Program-made: the position numbers and the translations under genes
Virus record (IMG/VR): IMGVR_UViG_3300045988_121485
Source: a virus
Direction: 5' to 3' (one strand)
Length of the DNA stretch: 59,523 bases
In this document: piece after piece, positions 1 through 8,311 of the stretch
Layout of the letters: the number at the start of each line of letters is the position of its first letter
Numbering within the stretch: position 1 is the stretch's first letter
The notes under the pieces: model-generated
Seen by the model: only the letters and a program-made list of their open reading frames with translations
Told to the model about the DNA's origin: nothing
The model's database searches: none

Positions 1-48
1 AGCTTCCCAAGCTAAGGGTCACGAGTTCGAGTCTCGCTTACCGCTCCA
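1..48 (+). tRNA. 3' portion of a class II (long variable arm) tRNA gene; 5' half lies outside the window; isotype undetermined
   Basis: Variable-arm hairpin AGCTT-CCC-AAGCT, T arm CGAG-TTCGAGT-CTCG, 7-nt acceptor 3' strand TTACCGC, then T and CCA ending at 48. Confidence 0.6.
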
Positions 49-52
49 CTGA
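1..52. repeat. attL core (direct repeat, truncated by window edge)
   Basis: 52/52 identity with 59472..59523. Confidence 0.9.
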
Positions 53-57
53 TAATC

Positions 58-90
58 AAGCAGTTACAGATTAAGTAGCTGCTTTTTTTT
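58..90 (+). terminator. Intrinsic terminator after the tRNA 3' end, supplied by phage DNA
   Basis: AAGCAG...CTGCTT stem (58..84) followed by a T run to 90. Confidence 0.6.
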
Positions 91-144
91 ACATACTTTC
101 CCTTTTTTAAATCCCGTTTTCGGGTGTTTTTAACGGGTATTTGC

Positions 145-152
145 TATATTTG
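145..152 (+). promoter_or_regulatory. Bacteroidetes-type -7 box TATATTTG upstream of integrase
   Basis: Matches TAnnTTTG; about 80 nt upstream of ATG 231. The motif alone is common by chance. Confidence 0.35.
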
Positions 153-153
153 C

Positions 154-173
154 ATTGCAAATAAATTGCAAAT
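154..173 (+). promoter_or_regulatory. Candidate integrase/Xis arm-type site ATTGCAAATAAATTGCAAAT (left copy)
   Basis: 20-mer identical to 59395..59414 in the same orientation; internal TTGCAAAT x2; a further TTGCAAT at 186..192. Confidence 0.5.
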
Positions 174-230
174 TTCTATTGGTTTTTGCAATCAAATGAA
201 TTTGTTCTATGTTTAAAAGTAAGCAATCAT

Positions 231-1430
231 ATGGCAACAATCAAATTTTATTTAGACACGCGTCGAGAAAAGAAGGATGGTTTGTTTCCGATAAAACTAA
301 ACGTCCATAATAAAGGAACATTTTTTCTCTCTACAGGATATTCTGCCACACGGGAAAAATGGAATGGGGTTGAATTCACCAATAAAGAGGTTAATTATAA
401 AACAAAGAATGCTGCGTTACGCAAAATGATTAGCGATATGGAGAACGCTATTTTCCGTCTTGAGCTGGATGGGAAGTTAAGAGAGTTGTCCGATAAAGCA
501 TTAAAAATCATCATTGAAAAATACTTGCCAGGTGCGAGGTCGGAGAAGGTAAAATACTTCGTGGATTATATAGCTGACTTCATAGAACTAAAGGAAAAGG
601 CCGGAACTAAACAAGTTTATGCTTCTACGCTTAATAAAATAGTTCAATTTGATGCTACATGTACTTTTGATACAATGGATATTGATTGGTTGAGGCGCTT
701 TGAAAAACACATGAGAGACTCTGGTATGAAAGTTAACGCCTACGCTTTGCATTTTCGAAACATACGATCTGTATTTAACTATGCTATTGATAATGATCTT
801 ACCACCCTATATCCATTCCGTAAATTCAGGATAAAAAAAGAGGAAACATTAAAAAGGTCGTTGACTGCGGAGCAAGTTGCGTTATTGCGTGATTACGATT
901 GTGAAGATTACCAGAAACGCTATCGAGATATATTTATGCTAATGATATATCTTATTGGTATTAACGCGGTTGACCTGTTTAATTTAAAGAAAATAATTAA
1001 TGGAAGAATAGAATATCATAGAGCTAAAACAGGCAAGCTTTATTCTATAAAATTAGAACCAGAAGCGATAGAAATCATTGATAGATACAAAGGAAAAGGT
1101 TGGTTGTTAAATGTGCTTGATGAGTATGGCAATTACAAAGACTTCCTTCACCGGATGGGGGTTGGGCTCAAACAGATAGGTCCGGTCGTTCGTACAGGTC
1201 TGGGGGGGAAGAAAAACCGAGAGCCGCTATTCCCGGAAATATCCAGCTATTGGGCGCGCCATACATGGGCTACTATTGCCGCTGAGCTAGACATCCCCAA
1301 GGAAACTATTTCTGCTGCGTTAGGGCATGAGATAGGCTCAGAAGTGACATCTATCTATATTAAGTTTGATCGTAAGAAAGTTGATGAGGCTAATCGAAAA
1401 GTTATTGATTATTTGAATGGAATAAAATAG
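231..1430 (+). CDS. int: Tyrosine recombinase / phage integrase (Bacteroidetes type)
   Basis: N-terminus MATIKFYLDTRREKKDG typical of the arm-binding domain; C-terminal ARHTWAT ... LGHE ... TSIYIK (R, H-x-x-R, Y pattern); adjacent to att. Track start 186 is TTG; ATG 231 preferred. Confidence 0.9.
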   Translation: MATIKFYLDTRREKKDGLFPIKLNVHNKGTFFLSTGYSATREKWNGVEFTNKEVNYKTKNAALRKMISDMENAIFRLELDGKLRELSDKALKIIIEKYLPGARSEKVKYFVDYIADFIELKEKAGTKQVYASTLNKIVQFDATCTFDTMDIDWLRRFEKHMRDSGMKVNAYALHFRNIRSVFNYAIDNDLTTLYPFRKFRIKKEETLKRSLTAEQVALLRDYDCEDYQKRYRDIFMLMIYLIGINAVDLFNLKKIINGRIEYHRAKTGKLYSIKLEPEAIEIIDRYKGKGWLLNVLDEYGNYKDFLHRMGVGLKQIGPVVRTGLGGKKNREPLFPEISSYWARHTWATIAAELDIPKETISAALGHEIGSEVTSIYIKFDRKKVDEANRKVIDYLNGIK

Positions 1431-1563
1431 TAAAAAGATTCCCGAATGAAATATTAGACACCTATGTCCATTGACTTCTTTGTTAGCTCTTTTTGATAGG
1501 TGTATCTGTTTCTTTATATAATTGCTATTGTTTTGAATCATATTATTGTTTACGTTTAATTTT

Positions 1564-1586
1564 CCCCCATATGATTTCCATGGGGG
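1564..1586. terminator. Hairpin between convergent integrase and repressor genes
   Basis: CCCCCAT-9 nt-ATGGGGG; T-rich only on the 5' side, so weak as an intrinsic terminator. Confidence 0.3.
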
Positions 1587-1592
1587 ATGGTG

Positions 1593-2033
1593 TTATTCCG
1601 CTTTTGGTATATTTATCTGATGAGCAGCAGCAATGGAAGCATTCTCCGTTCCGGGGACATTTTGCTCTTTGGGAGCGAAAGGTTGTAGCTCCTGCTCAAG
1701 TCTCCCTATCTTATATGCTTGCTCTTTAATGATTTCATCTTTTTCTGCTATTGCTCTTCTATATTCTTCAAACGGAATCATTAATGTAGAAGAATCAGGT
1801 GGTACTACTGTTTGATTATTTTTTGCTGAGGTTATAATCATATCTCCTATGTCACGAAATAACCATTCTGCGGATAAATCACCATATAAAAGAAGAAATT
1901 CTTTTGCTCTATCTGATGTTACACTCTTAGCTTTAGTAAAAGCTCCAACTCCCCATCCAAGTTTTCGTTCCGCCGCAGTAGGCGTAATTCCCTTACATTC
2001 AAGGTATTTCTGAATTTTTTCTTTGATTGTCAT
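1593..2033 (-). CDS. Repressor-like HTH protein (CI position)
   Basis: N-terminal HTH (KGITPTAAERKLGWGVGAFTKAK), C-terminal coiled coil; divergent from a Cro-like gene across an operator-bearing gap. Confidence 0.6.
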   Translation of the reverse strand: MTIKEKIQKYLECKGITPTAAERKLGWGVGAFTKAKSVTSDRAKEFLLLYGDLSAEWLFRDIGDMIITSAKNNQTVVPPDSSTLMIPFEEYRRAIAEKDEIIKEQAYKIGRLEQELQPFAPKEQNVPGTENASIAAAHQINIPKAE

Positions 2034-2060
2034 TGTATAATATGTTAATATTGGTAAAAC

Positions 2061-2078
2061 AAAGGAATATATTCCTTT
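2061..2078. promoter_or_regulatory. Operator-like perfect 18-bp palindrome AAAGGAATATATTCCTTT
   Basis: Perfect dyad in the 173-bp divergent intergenic region. Confidence 0.6.
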
Positions 2079-2093
2079 AAAACAGCCGTTTTA

Positions 2094-2109
2094 AAAGAAT
2101 ATATTCTTT
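2094..2109. promoter_or_regulatory. Operator-like perfect 16-bp palindrome AAAGAATATATTCTTT
   Basis: Second dyad with the same half-site core (GAATAT/ATATTC), abutting the -7 box at 2109..2116. Confidence 0.6.
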
Positions 2110-2116
2110 ATATTTG
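2109..2116 (+). promoter_or_regulatory. -7 box TATATTTG of the rightward early promoter
   Basis: TAnnTTTG match overlapping the edge of operator 2; 90 nt upstream of ATG 2207. Confidence 0.45.
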
Positions 2117-2206
2117 CATCATCAAACAAATAAAAATGGTTTTGTTTGACAAAACAAAAAATAACAATAAGCAAAAATAGTAATTAAAAATTAAAATCAA
2201 GCAATT

Positions 2207-2419
2207 ATGGCAAAAACATTGACATTAAAAAAGGGATCAGTGGTAACGTTGGCAAGATTATTCGAGTGTACAGAACAGACTATTCGAAATGCCGCGCGTG
2301 GTGTTACGTCTGGAGAAGAAGCGGAACGAATCCGAGTTGAGGCAGTAAAGCAAGGTTTCGCTATTAAGGAAAAACCTATTTCGATGGAAGAATACAATCG
2401 TTATTACAAAGAGAATTGA
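2207..2419 (+). CDS. Cro-like small early regulator
   Basis: 70 aa; HTH-like LARLFECTEQTIRNAARG; first rightward gene opposite the repressor. Confidence 0.5.
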   Translation: MAKTLTLKKGSVVTLARLFECTEQTIRNAARGVTSGEEAERIRVEAVKQGFAIKEKPISMEEYNRYYKEN

Positions 2420-2773
2420 TTATAGGAACTTTCTATGAATAGAGTTTGTGTCATACTAGATTATACATTTATTTCATGTGATGTTGTAGTCTTTTCCTGT
2501 TATCAAATATAAAGTTATAATTATGAATCAGACATTTATGATGTGAAAATATAAAATGGACTTGCATGAAAAATAAAGAAAAAAGCAGAGTCTGTAGTTT
2601 TAAGCAGAAATTTATTATCTGCAATCGAAGGAGAAATTGAAGTGCAACTTTTACAATTCGCGACCGGAAATGAATTATGAACATTCAGAGGATATAGGAA
2701 TTACCTTAGACATGAATGAAGCTTTAAAGCTCCGGCATTATCTAAATAGTCTTGATTTTAAATAAATAAAATT

Positions 2774-2983
2774 ATGGCAAGATCTAGAATACAGACAAAA
2801 GTTGAGGCTGTGCCTAAACGGTGGCTCAACAAACAAGAGGCTATGGCCTATCTAGGGGTAGGTGAAGATTACCTTGCGAGATTAAGAAATGAAGCTAAAA
2901 TATCATTTTCGCAGGAAGGTAGAATGATTTGGTATGACCTTTCAAGTATAGATCGCTTTGTCTTAAAGAATAAAGTTGTATAA
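2774..2983 (+). CDS. Excisionase-family HTH protein (Xis-like)
   Basis: 69 aa; WLNKQEAMAYLGVGEDYLARLRNE...WYDLSSIDRF fits the excisionase/HTH_17 pattern. Confidence 0.55.
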   Translation: MARSRIQTKVEAVPKRWLNKQEAMAYLGVGEDYLARLRNEAKISFSQEGRMIWYDLSSIDRFVLKNKVV

Positions 2984-3027
2984 GCTCTGATTGGTAAAGA
3001 ATATAGGTAAAAGAAGAAAATAGTATA

Positions 3028-3207
3028 ATGAAAAAAAGAAGATTTCCCAAGGAAGTAGCGAGATTTTTCAATCCGCACAAATCATTTAGTAAAAGAGGTA
3101 CTCATCAATATGAGAAGTCCAAAGAATCAAGTTATGTCATAGCCTATAATGGCGGAGGAACTGCCAGGAAGGTGATGGACGAAAATGGTAAAATAACCTA
3201 TGAATAA
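3028..3207 (+). CDS. Small basic hypothetical protein (59 aa, below the track cutoff)
   Basis: ATG-to-TAA ORF read by hand (MKKRRFPKEVARFF...); fills an otherwise empty gap on the operon strand. Confidence 0.3.
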   Translation: MKKRRFPKEVARFFNPHKSFSKRGTHQYEKSKESSYVIAYNGGGTARKVMDENGKITYE

Positions 3208-3213
3208 AATCGT

Positions 3214-3666
3214 ATGGCAATGCACATGTTTTTTGAAGTCCGTATCCGTTACGAAAAGACGATGGAGAACGGGCAAAACAAGAAGGTCAATGAACCTTAT
3301 CTGGTCGACGCTCTCAGCTTTACAGAAGCGGAAGCTCGAATTATTAACGAAATGACTCCCTTTATCTCTGGTGATTTCAAGGTAAAGGCAGTCAAGGAAG
3401 TAAACTTCTCAGAGATTTTCTTTTCCAATGAAGAGCTTGCTGACACCTACTTTAAGGCAAGACTGGCATATGTAACTCTCGACGAACATTCCGGAAAGGA
3501 AAAGAAAACCTATACGAATGTCTTAGTACAAGCTGCCGATCTACGCGATGCCGTAAAGAAGCTGGATGAAGACATGAAAGGCACGATGGCTGACTACAAA
3601 ATCGTCTCGATTGCCGAGACTAAGATCATGGACGTTTACCTATATAAGCCGGAGGAGGAGAAGTGA
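3214..3666 (+). CDS. DUF4494-like protein, copy 1
   Basis: FEVRIRYEKTMENGQNKKVNEPYLVDALSFTEAEARIINEMTPFISG; paralogue of 7823..8311. Confidence 0.6.
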   Translation: MAMHMFFEVRIRYEKTMENGQNKKVNEPYLVDALSFTEAEARIINEMTPFISGDFKVKAVKEVNFSEIFFSNEELADTYFKARLAYVTLDEHSGKEKKTYTNVLVQAADLRDAVKKLDEDMKGTMADYKIVSIAETKIMDVYLYKPEEEK

Positions 3667-3890
3667 TGAATAAAGCTACTAAAATAGCCATTACAATTAT
3701 AGCTGCTATCATAGTAATAGGTGGATGTATCTATTCCGGCCAGGTAGAATATAATGATGCTGTATTGTCTAGCATGTCTGCTGATAAATACGATTACATC
3801 CATAGCTGCCTGGGTGGTTCCGCCACCCAAAATGATGTGGTAAAAGAGTACATTGCTAACCAGAAGTATTACGATTCCAAATTTAATTGA
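3663..3890 (+). CDS. Small membrane protein
   Basis: 75 aa, N-terminal TM segment IAITIIAAIIVIGGCIY; start overlaps the upstream stop. Confidence 0.45.
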   Translation: MMNKATKIAITIIAAIIVIGGCIYSGQVEYNDAVLSSMSADKYDYIHSCLGGSATQNDVVKEYIANQKYYDSKFN

Positions 3891-3984
3891 TGTACAATGG
3901 AAAAGAATGAAATTTTAAATAGCGACTGTGATGTCCGCCGCAGTGCCGCCCCACAAGAAAATACCAATCATAAGGGAGGTGTAT

Positions 3985-4380
3985 ATGGATTTGAATGATA
4001 AAAAAGTAAAGACAATACAAGTCATCCCGTCTAATAAGTATTATAGCATACTGGAGGAAGATATGGACGATGAAAAGTATTATACCTATAGGATTATCGA
4101 TGCTGTTGGTGTGGTTGTATATGAAAACTTAGATACAATAGTAGGCGGTTTTAATACTCAGGTCGAAAGTATAGGTTGTGGCATGGAATTTCCTGAAATA
4201 CTGATGGGTAATTTACGCGATATATTATTCGCTGAAGATGTAGAAAAATTTATCCTTTATGACGAGATGATGTTTGATATGTCACGCGAGGATTCCATCA
4301 GAGGGATGATAAGGGAGTTTTCTCGTACCGACATATTCGTGACGGATGACGCACAATTAATTTTAGATGAAGTAAAATGA
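3985..4380 (+). CDS. Hypothetical early protein
   Basis: ORF 3928..4380; ATG 3985 is preceded by GGGAGG; start uncertain. Confidence 0.4.
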   Translation: MDLNDKKVKTIQVIPSNKYYSILEEDMDDEKYYTYRIIDAVGVVVYENLDTIVGGFNTQVESIGCGMEFPEILMGNLRDILFAEDVEKFILYDEMMFDMSREDSIRGMIREFSRTDIFVTDDAQLILDEVK

Positions 4381-4387
4381 ATAAACT

Positions 4388-4753
4388 ATGAGACTGGAAG
4401 AATTTATAATCCCACCGGAATGCACCCGTATTTCGATCCAAGCAGAAGATAAAAAGATAGTCATATTATTCGAACCTGAGACCCCAAACATTTTCTTCTG
4501 CGATGAAACCGAACGGACAGAGGAGGAACCGCGCATAGGCCAATTGGCAATTATGTGGGGAAAGAACCGAAGAGAGGCTATTATCTCAAGGGTAGAGGAT
4601 ATAGACTACACGGACTTTACCTACAAAGCGAAAAGCCAAGAATGGTACGAACGTGCGATCCGCTTCCGTGACGAAGAGCAGTATAATAAAATCCTATTTT
4701 ATAACGATGCTGGGAAAAACGAAGTATCAAAAGTCCAAGCCCAAAAAGGCTAG
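4388..4753 (+). CDS. Hypothetical early protein
   Basis: 121-aa ORF on the operon strand, tight spacing. Confidence 0.4.
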   Translation: MRLEEFIIPPECTRISIQAEDKKIVILFEPETPNIFFCDETERTEEEPRIGQLAIMWGKNRREAIISRVEDIDYTDFTYKAKSQEWYERAIRFRDEEQYNKILFYNDAGKNEVSKVQAQKG

Positions 4754-5138
4754 CTTAACAGCTAAGTTAGATAAGGTATTCAGCGAATATATCCGGTTAC
4801 GTGACACAAGAGAGGACGGGACCTTTACCTGTATATCTTGTAACCGGATATTGCCCTACGATCAGGCGGACTGCGGTCACTATATCAACAGGAAGCATAT
4901 GTCTACCCGCTTCAGCGAAAAGAATTGCAATGCTCAATGTCGCTCCTGTAACCGCTTCGATGAAGGCAACATTCAAGGCTATCGTCGTGGACTTGTAGCC
5001 AAATATGGCGAATCTGCAGTGGTCATGCTGGAATCAATGAAAAATCAGATCAATAAAATATCTGAATTTGAATACAATACTATGATTGATCACTATCGTA
5101 AGGAGGTCAAACGCTTAAAACGAGAGAAAGGAATATGA
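4707..5138 (+). CDS. ninG: NinG/Rap-like recombination protein
   Basis: FSEYIRLRD...FTCISCNR...CGHYINRK...NCNAQCRSCNRFDEGN...YGESAVVMLE matches the lambda NinG pattern; start taken at internal M (track ORF from 4653). Confidence 0.75.
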   Translation: MLGKTKYQKSKPKKASLTAKLDKVFSEYIRLRDTREDGTFTCISCNRILPYDQADCGHYINRKHMSTRFSEKNCNAQCRSCNRFDEGNIQGYRRGLVAKYGESAVVMLESMKNQINKISEFEYNTMIDHYRKEVKRLKREKGI

Positions 5139-5317
5139 GTAAAGAAACCTATAAGAAAGTCAAATGCGACTGTCGTAACTGTCAGCGTGCCGGTCCTGTG
5201 GAAAACTTCATGGTTGTCTGTCCCAAACACAGATATAAGAAATCCGTAGGAGTAAGGTTATGTGAGTATTTTAAACCAAAAGATGTTCGACAAGATAATA
5301 ATGAAAGCGACCGTTGA
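5135..5317 (+). CDS. Small Cys-rich protein
   Basis: 60 aa with CDCRNCQ...CPKH...C; ATGA overlap with ninG. Confidence 0.4.
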   Translation: MSKETYKKVKCDCRNCQRAGPVENFMVVCPKHRYKKSVGVRLCEYFKPKDVRQDNNESDR

Positions 5318-6224
5318 CACCGAGGATGTTGATACCATCGTCTTATGTAATTATCTGGAACAGTGCACGGAAGGTGATGAAGTCTATTATAAATCTACTG
5401 CCTACGCGAACTTCGACGGATGCTTTATTGAACTCAGAGGAAATAAATTGAAATGTAAATGCTCTATCTGCAAGCTATACAGCAAAGGGAAAAACGGCAA
5501 ACTAGATAACAGTAGGCCAATGACCTTCGCGATGGCGGTCCGGACAATCAAGGAGCTTCTTCTTCGCTTGTGCGTAAGAATGGAGAATGCAGTAGTGACA
5601 TATTACGAAATTGGCATCACGATGAAGATGTCCTACTCTGCAGACTGCTATATCCGGCAGGTGCAGGAGATATCGGACAGAATACTTTGGAATGATGCTA
5701 ATTTTCCGGAATACCGGCAGAAAACAACAGAGAAGAGCAAGTATTTCCGCAAGGTTCTAAAGGTCTATGATAAATCATTCGAAGCAGGTGAGAAAGGCCG
5801 GAAGGTAGGTGACAATATACTTCGGATAGAAACGGTCTACAGGCATCAATCTGTATCAATGCTTGAATTTACTGATTACTTCTTCCTGTCCAAGATGGGG
5901 AGAATATTCTACAAGGACTGGTCAGAGATATGCTTTGTGAGAGAATTGTCTGCGACAAAGGGTGTAAAGATATCCCAGCTTGAAAAAGCCAGGGAGATCC
6001 ATCGGCTCGGAACAACGAGATATAAGGAACACTACAAGCAAATGTTCCTTAATGGAAAGCTGACCAAAAAACAATGGGAGACGATTCGCAACTTTGCGAA
6101 AGCGTGGCCGACTGAGCGTGAGAAATACGTGGAAGAGGTCAGTGAGCTTGAGAAGGAATTCAAGGATCGTCTATTGTCTAATTTCCAGATTGGGATTTTT
6201 ACACCCGTTCGCAGAAAGTTATAA
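5262..6224 (+). CDS. Replication initiator, Rep_trans / gene II-X-like (putative)
   Basis: LKVYDKSFE...ILRIETVYRH resembles the YDK ... LR-x-E motif pair of rolling-circle-type initiators; followed by a repeat-rich gap; start uncertain (GTG 5262, ATG 5283 or 5301). Confidence 0.45.
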   Translation: MSILNQKMFDKIIMKATVDTEDVDTIVLCNYLEQCTEGDEVYYKSTAYANFDGCFIELRGNKLKCKCSICKLYSKGKNGKLDNSRPMTFAMAVRTIKELLLRLCVRMENAVVTYYEIGITMKMSYSADCYIRQVQEISDRILWNDANFPEYRQKTTEKSKYFRKVLKVYDKSFEAGEKGRKVGDNILRIETVYRHQSVSMLEFTDYFFLSKMGRIFYKDWSEICFVRELSATKGVKISQLEKAREIHRLGTTRYKEHYKQMFLNGKLTKKQWETIRNFAKAWPTEREKYVEEVSELEKEFKDRLLSNFQIGIFTPVRRKL

Positions 6225-6229
6225 CATTC

Positions 6230-6392
6230 TGATTATCAATATTTTATATAAAACAGAAAAAGCACCATATGGTGCGCGATTAAAACATTGATTATCAAGC
6301 AAATAAGAAAATAAAGAATCGAAATTAACAATTTACGGCAACTTGTCCTATACTGCCCGCAGGGTAGTTGGGTAGCAACTTAAGAGGGCAGT
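6230..6392. promoter_or_regulatory. Candidate replication origin or terminator region
   Basis: TGATTATCAA at 6230..6239 and 6289..6298; perfect palindrome GCACCATATGGTGC 6262..6275; inverted ACTGCCC/GGGCAGT 6352..6392. Confidence 0.3.
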
Positions 6393-6423
6393 TAATTTTA
6401 AATGATAACTAAAAAAGAAAACT

Positions 6424-6705
6424 ATGTCATATAAAGCTTCAGGCGTAATTATTGCGGTAATGCCTACCGCACATGGAACAACAAGAAACGGAAAAGATTG
6501 GGAAAAGCAGGAATGTGTGTTGGAGATGTCAGACAAGTACCACACCAAAATGAAGTTCTCAGTTTACTCATGGGATGGACCCATCGAGACTCCCCTTAAG
6601 ACAGGAGACAGTGTTGAGATATCCTTCATGGTAGAAGCGAGGGAGTCAAAAGGAAACTGGTTTAATGAAGTAAAGGCTTATTGTGTTGAACATCAAAAAC
6701 GATGA
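6424..6705 (+). CDS. DUF3127-like OB-fold protein (possible ssDNA binding)
   Basis: GVIIAVMP...NGKDWEKQECVLE...SVYSWDG...SFMVEARESKGNWFNEVKAY fits the DUF3127 pattern. Confidence 0.65.
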   Translation: MSYKASGVIIAVMPTAHGTTRNGKDWEKQECVLEMSDKYHTKMKFSVYSWDGPIETPLKTGDSVEISFMVEARESKGNWFNEVKAYCVEHQKR

Positions 6706-6830
6706 AGATTCAAGGCTATCCATTGATTTGTAGTGGAATTCATTACACCGGTTATCATCTAAAAGCAATGTGTAAAGAATGCCACTATACTCAAGGAAAA
6801 AGCAGCCATTTCATAAGTCATGGCGCATAA
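6702..6830 (+). CDS. Small Cys/His-rich ORF (42 aa, below the track cutoff)
   Basis: ATGA overlap with the upstream stop; MKIQGYPLICSGIHYTGYHLKAMCKECHYTQGKSSHFISHGA. Confidence 0.3.
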   Translation: MKIQGYPLICSGIHYTGYHLKAMCKECHYTQGKSSHFISHGA

Positions 6831-6857
6831 GTGGAATTGAAAAATGTATAATTAACT

Positions 6858-7241
6858 ATGTTAGTAGGAACAACAAATCTTAATACGACTCTCAACCTGA
6901 CGTATGTGTTGGCAGATGTCGTAGAAACTCTTCTCCTTGACATGAGAAGTGAAATGAAAAAGCGGGGCAATGATTTGCGTCACGATGCCAAGCACAATTT
7001 CAACACAGCGATAGCCGCTATACGCCGGCTGAAGCAAGATGTAGACAAGACCCAGCTTTCTACTCAGGAGAACTTCGGAAACGACTCAGACTGTCTCCTT
7101 GCCTTCATCAAGCTGCTGATAGATCGCTGCGGTGACGACGACAAGGAAGAGGTAGCAGAAAAATTGGCTAAATGTGGTATGGTCGTAGTACAAGATGAAA
7201 CATTCTATGTGGAACCAAAGAAAGAAGATCAGGTGTCCTAA
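6858..7241 (+). CDS. Hypothetical early protein
   Basis: 127-aa ORF, ATG start, operon strand. Confidence 0.4.
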   Translation: MLVGTTNLNTTLNLTYVLADVVETLLLDMRSEMKKRGNDLRHDAKHNFNTAIAAIRRLKQDVDKTQLSTQENFGNDSDCLLAFIKLLIDRCGDDDKEEVAEKLAKCGMVVVQDETFYVEPKKEDQVS

Positions 7242-7380
7242 ATACTCATATGCTCCCATCGGTAGCCGGTGGGCAGTTTATCACTGGTTGGAGATAGGAG
7301 ATATCCTCGAGGTAGACAAGGTTGGTGAATTCCCCACCAGTGAAGAAGCACGCAAAGAATGCTACCGGCTTAACGGCTGA
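7195..7380 (+). CDS. Small hypothetical protein
   Basis: 61-aa ORF overlapping the upstream gene end; start uncertain. Confidence 0.25.
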   Translation: MKHSMWNQRKKIRCPKYSYAPIGSRWAVYHWLEIGDILEVDKVGEFPTSEEARKECYRLNG

Positions 7381-7445
7381 AAATATGAAGAACCTGAGAA
7401 GAGAAAAAATAACCTCAAATATTAATAATTTAATTTTTTTACATT

Positions 7446-7820
7446 ATGAATGAAATTTATTGGATGACCGTAGTTGGTAACCTGTCCACCGCCTTTATGG
7501 TCGTATGGATTGTAGCTTTGATAGTTATCGTTATCATGCTGTTTACTCTGCTGGTAACGGAAGGTGATATAATAGAAGATGAGGGTGGAAAACACAATTT
7601 TTTTAAATGGTTAAAACGCTTTTTTGTCTGTGGTGTAATAGCAGCGATGGCGAGTATTTTCATTCCATCGACCAAAGAAATGCTTCTTATCTATGGTGTC
7701 GGTGGCACGATTGACTATATCAAGACGAATGATACAGCAAAGCAGCTTCCGGATAAGTGTATCAAAGCGCTTGACCGTTTTGCTGATAAATATATTGACG
7801 AACCTGAAAAAGATAAATAA
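7446..7820 (+). CDS. Membrane protein
   Basis: Two hydrophobic segments (VVWIVALIVIVIMLFTLLV; FVCGVIAAMASIFIP). Confidence 0.45.
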   Translation: MNEIYWMTVVGNLSTAFMVVWIVALIVIVIMLFTLLVTEGDIIEDEGGKHNFFKWLKRFFVCGVIAAMASIFIPSTKEMLLIYGVGGTIDYIKTNDTAKQLPDKCIKALDRFADKYIDEPEKDK

Positions 7821-7822
7821 TT

Positions 7823-8311
7823 ATGGGAATGCACACATGGTTTGAATGTAAGATCCGTTACGAAAAGGTAATGGAGAACGGAATGCAGAAAAAAGTGACT
7901 GAATCTTATCTGGTAGATGCTCTCAGCTTCACGGAGGCGGAAGCACGGATAATAGAGGAGATGACTCCCTTCATCTCAGGAGTGTTTACCGTCTCTAATA
8001 TCAAACGCGCTGGCTATAGCGAGATATTCCCCAGCGACGTTGAATGTGACGACCGCTGGTTTAAATGTAAACTGTGCTACATCGCATTGGATGATAAGAG
8101 CGGAGCCGAGAAAAAAACAAGTACCTATGTGTTGGTACAGGCTTCGGACCTCGAACGGGCGAAGAAGAACCTTGATGCCGGCATGAAAGGCACAATAACA
8201 GACTATCAGGTGCCCTCAGTCGTAGAAACAGCTATCATGGACGTATATCCTTATACAGCTGACAAAGACGCCAATCCTGAATTCTCGGACGAGAAGAAAA
8301 AGCAAGAATGA
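7823..8311 (+). CDS. DUF4494-like protein, copy 2
   Basis: WFECKIRYEKVMENGMQKKVTESYLVDALSFTEAEARIIEEMTPFISG; colinear with 3214..3666. Confidence 0.6.
   Translation: MGMHTWFECKIRYEKVMENGMQKKVTESYLVDALSFTEAEARIIEEMTPFISGVFTVSNIKRAGYSEIFPSDVECDDRWFKCKLCYIALDDKSGAEKKTSTYVLVQASDLERAKKNLDAGMKGTITDYQVPSVVETAIMDVYPYTADKDANPEFSDEKKKQE

Noticed and set aside
186-230. TTG-initiated 15-codon N-terminal extension of the integrase
   Set aside because: ATG 231 gives the canonical MATIKFYL... N-terminus, and the extension overlaps the TTGCAAT repeat region.
1493-1815. Plus-strand ORFs 1493..1729 and 1633..1815
   Set aside because: They are antisense to the repressor-like gene, which has a convincing HTH, and no supporting features are present.
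2469-2684. 71-aa minus-strand ORF in the gap between the Cro-like and Xis-like genes
   Set aside because: It is AT-rich and low-complexity, lies opposite to the operon, and has no start context. The 350-bp gap is treated as non-coding, and its possible tiny ORFs are not supportable.
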